NCBI RefSeq assembly: GCF_032191835.1
Contig: NC_083239.1
Span: 56,792,001-56,856,000, forward strand
DNA: 64,000 bases
From: Heteronotia binoei
Taxonomy: Eukaryota
Reading direction: 5' to 3'
Numbering within the stretch: position 1 is the first letter of the stretch; every line of letters starts with the position of its first letter. The position numbers and the translations under genes are program-made. Below the pieces are notes generated by a model. It saw only the letters and a list, made by a program, of their open reading frames with translations, did not search any database and was not told where the DNA came from. Shown here in pieces: positions 57,901 through 64,000 of the stretch.

Positions 57901-60900
57901 TGTATCCGGCTCACTTAAAATCCTTTTATGTTTAATGAGAAGCTTGTTTTATTTCCAATAGCCTTGAGATCCCTTAGAGTGCGATCCAGGGGGGGGCGGG
58001 AAGTCTTTTGGAAGCAGACGAGCTGCTACGTGGGCGCAGGAAGGGTTTGCGTCGACGTATGACCAGCGCTGCCAGAGCGGAGGGGAGGTACGTGGGTGGG
58101 GGGCTGCCCGAGCGCAGGCAGAAGTGAGGCGGAGCGTGGTGTTCAGGGGGAGGAGGGGGTGGAGTTGGGGGCGCAGCCAGGCTTAGGCAGTTTCCTGAGC
58201 ACTTTGGCCCATGACACGCCCCCCCCCCCCGAGAGGTGCAACTTTACGCCCGCAAAAACGGCAGCGTGCCCCATAGGCACTCGTTGAAACCAAAAACAAA
58301 GGTTGCCTCCGCCGCTGCGGAACCTTGGAAACCCCTTAGGGAGCGGCGTGGTTGCCTCGCCAATCCCCTCGTGCCTCGGGCTGACGAGCCCCCTCCCCAG
58401 CACCCAATCGCGGTCTCCCCCCTCCTAGAAATACTTCCACTCTGGCCTCACACAACTCAGTTGTTAGGGAGAGGAGCCTGTGGAGCGAAGCTCTGCCGGT
58501 GAGCTCCCGACCATAGAGACTTAGAGTGAGGGACATGAAGGCACGTTGGTGACAGGTTTTGCACCTTGCGGTTGCATTGACAGTATCTTTGACATGCAAG
58601 GGGGAGAGAGAGGTCTCTCCCCTGGGGCCAACTGCTCGTTTCCAGGTCTCCACAGGTTCCGGGCTCTGGGAGGCAGCAGGGCAACACCGGGGGGGGGGGC
58701 CTCCGGGTGGTGGGGGTGGTGTCTTTCAGACTTGGTCTGGCTGCTCCCAGACCCACATTCCAGCCGCTGTCTAGGTCAGGGAACTCCTGCACTTGGCACT
58801 TCCTGCTTCTCCACGCATGCCCCTGGCTGCCAGCCTGCCATTGGCAGAGTCTCTGACAGTGGGAGGGAGTGGGGGGATTGACGGCCTCTCAGGCACGGGC
58901 TTTTCGCTCCCTCGTCCAGTCATGTACAACGGGCTGGCCAATCCCGTGGTCCCGCGCGAGCCTGCGCCTCCCCCACCCCCGCCTCAGCAGTGGGCCAATG
59001 GCGTGCGCCTGGGCGGAATCACCATGGCAACGGGTTCTCTCTCGCTCGTGGTGCCCCTCTCCCAGCGTGGCGTACCGACTCCCCTTTGGAAGACGAGCAG
59101 CGCCATAGATCCGCCCTCACCCGAGTGCCCGCCTGCCACGTATGTCTGGATTGGGCTGCCCATAACTTAAGATACAGAAACACAGCTTCTGTGTTTGTCA
59201 ATAAGTTTGTATTGAAGACCAGAACCTGAACTTCCCCCCCTTCCTTTTTTCTCTTTGGTTGTTCTATGTAGATTAAAGATACACAGATTTGGTTTTGTAT
59301 GATTACAGACATGATAGATAAGAATCTGGAATTTGCCATTAAATAGTTTGTAAAATAGTAGGATTTTATAATAATATTAAAAAGGTCATAAAAGACTTGT
59401 AGAATTTAAAGGTAATATCTATGTACTAATTTTGAATACTTGCAGGCATAATGAATTATACTTTTTTCTTTGTCTTTTTAAATGTAGCAGTAACTGTAAT
59501 CTGCTCTTTTATTTTCTGTGCCCTATCCCTGATCCTTTTCCCAATTCTCCAGTTTTCCCTGTAAAACTTAATAAAACTTGTTAAAACAGAAGGCCTGCAA
59601 AGCAGGGCCTGGAGGCCAACGCTTCTCCCTGCTGCCACCCAGCAACTGGCATTCAGAGGCGCCCAGTCCCTGAGCAGGCAGGCTCCATCCAGATGTTAAG
59701 GCAACCGATGGGAAATGTGCCTTTTAACCCAGCGGCCACTGCTACATCTTGCAGCAGTGAATTCTGGGGCTAGTTAACTATGTCTTATGTGTCCTCAGGA
59801 GTCCTTTCGGAAGTTGCAAGCCATCAATTCCACTGGGTTCCCTGAAGCACTACTGGGATGGGGAAGGAGAAAAGTTCCCCTATCCACTTTCTCCACCCCC
59901 TTAGTTCTCTTTCCCCCTAAATTTAAAAGCCCCAACTCTTCAACTTTCCTCGCAGAGATGATTCAGCGCTTCGCTTCCTTCAGCATTCTGATGCTGTTTT
60001 TAAGACCGCAGCGGCAAACCTCTGGACCACACTGCAGATCCCTGCAAGGGCATGAGGACACTGGCTCTTTTATCCTCAACCCCTTCCTCACGATCCCAAG
60101 CATGCCCCTTGTGCTGCCCTCCCTGTCCCCCTCCCCTCTCCATGTCTTTCCTAGCTGGCTGTGCCCAGCAAGACCGCTCCCCCCCTCAGCGTAGTTGTGA
60201 CATTAGGGAGTTCCACCTTCATGCCACAGATAAGAAGCCAAGAGAGACTGAACCTTCCAGCCCTGGGGGGGGGGGGTGGTGGTGGTCTGGAGAGAAGGGC
60301 TGCTGTGGCCCCCTACCTTCCTCCGGCTCCCGCTCCTGCTTGCAGCCCTCCGCCTGACGGCGAGCCCTCTCCTCCTCCTCCTCTTGCTGCTTGTGCTGGA
60401 TCCGCATGTAAAGGGCCCTCTGCGTGGAGGGCAGGAAGTCGGGGATGCTGGCGGGGGGCTTTGCTAGTCGAGGAGCTATGCCCTCCCCTGCGGCGTCAGG
60501 CTCCAAGGAGGGGTCTGGGAAGATGTTCTCTCCGGGCAGCTCCTCCATCTCCTCATAGTTCCCGTAGCCCTCTGCCGCGGAGGAAGCCAGCAAAGAGCCA
60601 GTGAGCGCAGCGCCAAGCCCAGTCGGCCCAGGTCCCTGCCTGAGAGGCGCTGCCTGCCCACGCCCCCCACCGCCCCCCACAGCTCACCTGGGCCACCCAT
60701 CATGCCAGGCTCCATCTCCATGCCTTCAGGGGGGGGGTAGAAGCCGTCATAGAAGTCCTGTGGGGGCGGGCCAGGGGGCAGGTCATCCGGGCCGAAGGGC
60801 ATCATGGGCAGCCCAGGGCCCATCGGAGGGCCGGGGTTCATCCCAGGGCCCATCGGCATGTCTGGGCACATGTCTGGGCACATGTCGGGAGGCATGTCGG

Positions 60901-63646
60901 GGCACATGTCAGGATGCACAGGCCCCGGGAAGCGTGGTGGGGATGGGCCCGGGTGCCTAGAAGACAGGAGGCAGGCAGGCAGGGTCAAGAGCAGCAGAGC
61001 TTCAGTGGAGCTTCCCTCGGCCTCCCCCCTGCTGCTGAAATCTCCCCAGCCCCGGGAGGGAGGGAAGGAAGGAGGCGCTTACCTGACCCCCAGCTTCTCC
61101 GCCAGCTGGCCGGTGGGCCTCACCACGATCTCAAAGAGGGAGGGGATCTTCTTGTACATGTCCTGCTGCAGCTGCTGAGGGGAGAGGGGCTCATGGGGCG
61201 GAGGGGGCATCGGCAGGGCTCCGGGGGGCGGGAGGGGGGGAGGAGCAGGCGGGCCTCCGGGCATCGGCCGGCCGTTGGGAGAGGCCGGTGCCGGGGGCCC
61301 CGGAGGGCGAGGTGGGGTTGGCAGCAGGCCCACCCCGGGAGGCGGCTTGGGCAAGGGGTTGATGCCCTGCTTCTTGAGCTCCTCCACCTCCTTCTCGTCT
61401 TCTGCTCCGGCTTCAGCATCATCAGCCAGCATCTACGGAGCAAGCAGAAGGAAGAAAGAAAGCCCTGTGCAGTCTCTGGACGCTGACCAGGCCTCAAATT
61501 CAGCGGGAGCTCACAGGAGTGCAGCTCCTGAACCTTTCTGAGAGTTCCACCCCCTCCTTCCCACCTTGTCCGCTGAATAACAATCCCTGGAGGAGCTCCA
61601 CCACCTGTTTTTCTACAAAACGACCCCCCCCCCCAATCTGCTGCCATGGTGGCATGGATCCTCCTGGGCCACTCCGGCCCACGGCAGTCCCCCCTTGAGC
61701 ATCCCCCGTCCCGACTCACCTTCTCCAGAAGCTCCCGTGTCTCGTCCGTGAGGGGCTCATGAGAAAACATGCAGTCCGCCCCGTTGATGCAGTTCCCGGT
61801 GGTATGGAAGAGCTTGCAAGGGAAGTCCCGTTCAGGCAGCAGTGTCAAGGAAAGTCACAATGCAAGCCCAGGCCAGGCCTTGTCCCCAGCCAGCATTTCC
61901 TCCAGCCAAAGGCAGAGAGGAGGCTGATGCTACCCTCCCCCCTGCCACAGAAGCCAGCTACCTCAGGCAGGGCTCTCTGCTCCCTTCCAGCCCGAGAAAG
62001 CCCAGCAGGGCAACACACGAGAAGGATATCATGCATGTAGGGACAGTTTTCTGCTCTGGCACAGTAGCCTGTGATGTAGAACTTGCACAACTCCCGCTTC
62101 TTTGGGAGCTCAATGTCATGGCTGAAGTTGCAGTGTTCCCCCTGGGCAGAAAAGCAGAGAGATACAGTGAGCCCCCAAAGACAGCGGGATCTCTCCACCT
62201 CTCCTGGCAGCCTGGGTAGGCGAGCGGCTGCGTGGCCTTGTGCGGCTCCTCTCAGCGAGCAGAGAACAAGCAGGAAAGCAGCAACTGTGCCCTGAAAAAG
62301 GGAGGCTGCTGTGGAAACAACAGAACACAGTACAATCCTGCCCTCGAGTTATGCACATGGAACGCACCTCTAGGACCACTAACGTGTCCCCTTATACCAG
62401 TGGAACCCACCCTTCTGCTGAGAGAGATCTGGCCAGTCGTATCTGCAGGACGCTCCAGGCACAAGGGAGAAAAGTGGTCAGAAACAGAAGCCTTGCGGCA
62501 GAGGGGGGACCCTGCGCATGTCACTTAGAGAGTGACGAGGGCGAAAAGGCACTCTGCGTGTCCTCATGAGTGTCCTGCTGCTCCGGCTTGTCTCCTCAGA
62601 ACCACCCTCCTCAGCTCACAACTGGGCACAAGCCCCCTGAGAGACCCCCCAAGCACAGCTCTGCCCGCCCCCCGGCATTGTTTTGTTTTATCCTTTGCAG
62701 CTGGGAGAGCCAAGGACGGAGGCTGCACACAAAGGAGCCCAGAGGACAAGGCTGCTCCGCCCCCTCTGCCTCTCCTTACCCAGGTGCATCTGCCTTCCAC
62801 AAAGTATTTGCAGATGACTTTGCCTTTCTTGTCCGACTGCTGATGAGACTTCTCATGGTCGCCACGCCTGTAATTCCCGCCTCCATCCTGTGGGAAGTGC
62901 AAGAGGACGCAGAAATGAGGGCGGTGCCTGAGCCGAGTCTGCACAGCCATGGCGGGGGGACCCCTTTGCCAAGAGAGCCACTCACCCCCAGGTCTTCATC
63001 GTAGTAGTCATCATCTTCGTTCATCCCTCCTCCTTTGCCTGTACCCCCTCTGCCACGCCCTCGTCCCCGGCCCATCCCCTTGCCTCGCCCTCTGGAGCCA
63101 CGGCCACGGCCACGGCCCAGTCCTGAAACGACACCAATGAGATCATTCCCTTCCTTCCCCAAGAGATTACAAATTCAGCTGCAAGACAACCCAAGCCAGC
63201 AGAGGCAGCCCAGCCACAGACCCTGCAAGAAGGGCCCCGAGGCCTGGATGTCGGCTGGCTCTCCTGCCAGGGAGACGCCTCTCTTGCTTCTTACGCGTGG
63301 CCGACCCCACCAGGCACGTACCTCGCCCCCTTCCGTCCTTGCTCCTGCGGTACTGGCTCAGCTCCTTGGAGTAGTCGTCATAGTCCTCCTCCCCTCCCGG
63401 CTCTTCTCCTTCGCAGTACTGCAAGGCAGGAAGGGGAGAGGTCAGCACCGGGAGGTTGGGCCCGCCACTGGGAAGTCCCTGCCCCAGCCTGCGTGCACCT
63501 CACCTCCATTTCCTCCTCGTACATTTCTTCCTCGTCCTCAGGATGATCTCCCCGTCCCCTGCCCCGTCCACCTCTGCCCATGCCTCGCCCTCTCGTTCCT
63601 CCTCTGCTGCCACGGCCACGGTACCCTCGGCCACGGCCACGGCCCC
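54913..63646 (-). CDS. ZC3H4: Zinc finger CCCH domain-containing protein 4 (Restrictor subunit), 5'-partial
   Basis: Exons 63646-63504, 63418-63322, 63122-62986, 62887-62780, 62141-62030, 61829-61720, 61432-61083, 60956-60688, 60571-60317 and 56402-54913. Contains RG repeats; three CCCH fingers ([58 protein letters not shown]); [13 protein letters not shown]; DPR repeats; and the C-terminus [17 protein letters not shown]. Confidence 0.97.
56697..57475. mobile_element. Non-autonomous hAT-type DNA transposon with a perfect 8-bp TSD
   Basis: TIRs TAGAGATGTAAA and TTCACATCTCTA. TSD GTTCAGAC at 56689-56696 and 57476-57483. AT-rich interior with no transposase ORF. Confidence 0.85.
57985..59150 (+). 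promoter_or_regulatory. Intronic CpG-rich promoter-like cassette antisense to ZC3H4
   Basis: CCAAT at 58360, 58404, 58938 and 58995; GGGCGG at 59011; X-box-like GTTGCC (58302, 58351) and CCATGGCAAC (59022); donors GTACGT (58088), GTGAGC (58499) and GTATGT (59140). Confidence 0.4.
61830..62029 (-). other. U12-type AT-AC intron of ZC3H4 (200 nt)
   Basis: 5' site ATATCCTTC (62029-62021), branch TTTCCTTGAC (61853-61844) and 3' end AC. Splicing gives in-frame PYMH-G-DFPCKLF. Confidence 0.92.
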
Positions 63647-64000
63647 CTGCGGGCACAAACAACACACTGTTAGTCGGCACTCATCTGACTCCAGCCCCAA
63701 GTCACCGTAAAGTCTCTCTAACAGGAAAAGACAAGCACAAAAAGCATTTTGCATCTCATTTCTCCTCCTGGGAACAGCCAAATTCTCCTGCAGCAGCACA
63801 AGGGACACTGACCGCACAGCCCGCTCCTGCCCAGTCCGTCTGAGTTTTAGGAACTGGCAGATGTGAATCCGCTCTTCCGCTAAGGGAAAGCAAGCAGCAG
63901 AAGCAACAGGCCCCAGGCTCTACAGGGAGCAGAAGGCAGCCACAAAGTCCCACCACTCCCAGGCTGACTGGCCTCCAAAACAAACCCGCAGAGAGTAACT

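Noticed and set aside
58900-59600. Endogenous viral element (for example a hepadnavirus)
   Set aside because: No core, polymerase or surface motifs are recognisable in the six frames.

Overview
GC-rich, compact vertebrate genomic DNA, probably from a gecko/squamate as judged by its SINE, CR1, L2 and hAT content. I built six spliced protein-coding genes by hand from splice sites and recalled homology: LTBP4 (+, 5' end outside the window, CDS 668-15058), KCNK6/TWIK-2 (-, 17100-21295), YIF1B (+, 25878-28047), SPINT2/HAI-2 (-, 31460-35213), PPP1R14A/CPI-17 (+, 35874-38613) and ZC3H4 (-, 54913-63646, 5' end outside the window). The 39-52 kb gap holds an orphan CpG island, CR1/hAT/SINE relics and a decayed DIRS-type tyrosine-recombinase retrotransposon. 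The most notable observations are: a 170-bp tandem array in YIF1B that creates three splice-competent chimeric exons; an AT-AC (U12) intron in ZC3H4; a possible nested antisense spliced unit in a ZC3H4 intron; a possible small gene at the C19orf33 syntenic position; and, in LTBP4, an in-frame TAG, a GC-AG intron and apparently two fewer cbEGF modules than human. No database searches were run; all comparisons with human proteins are from memory.
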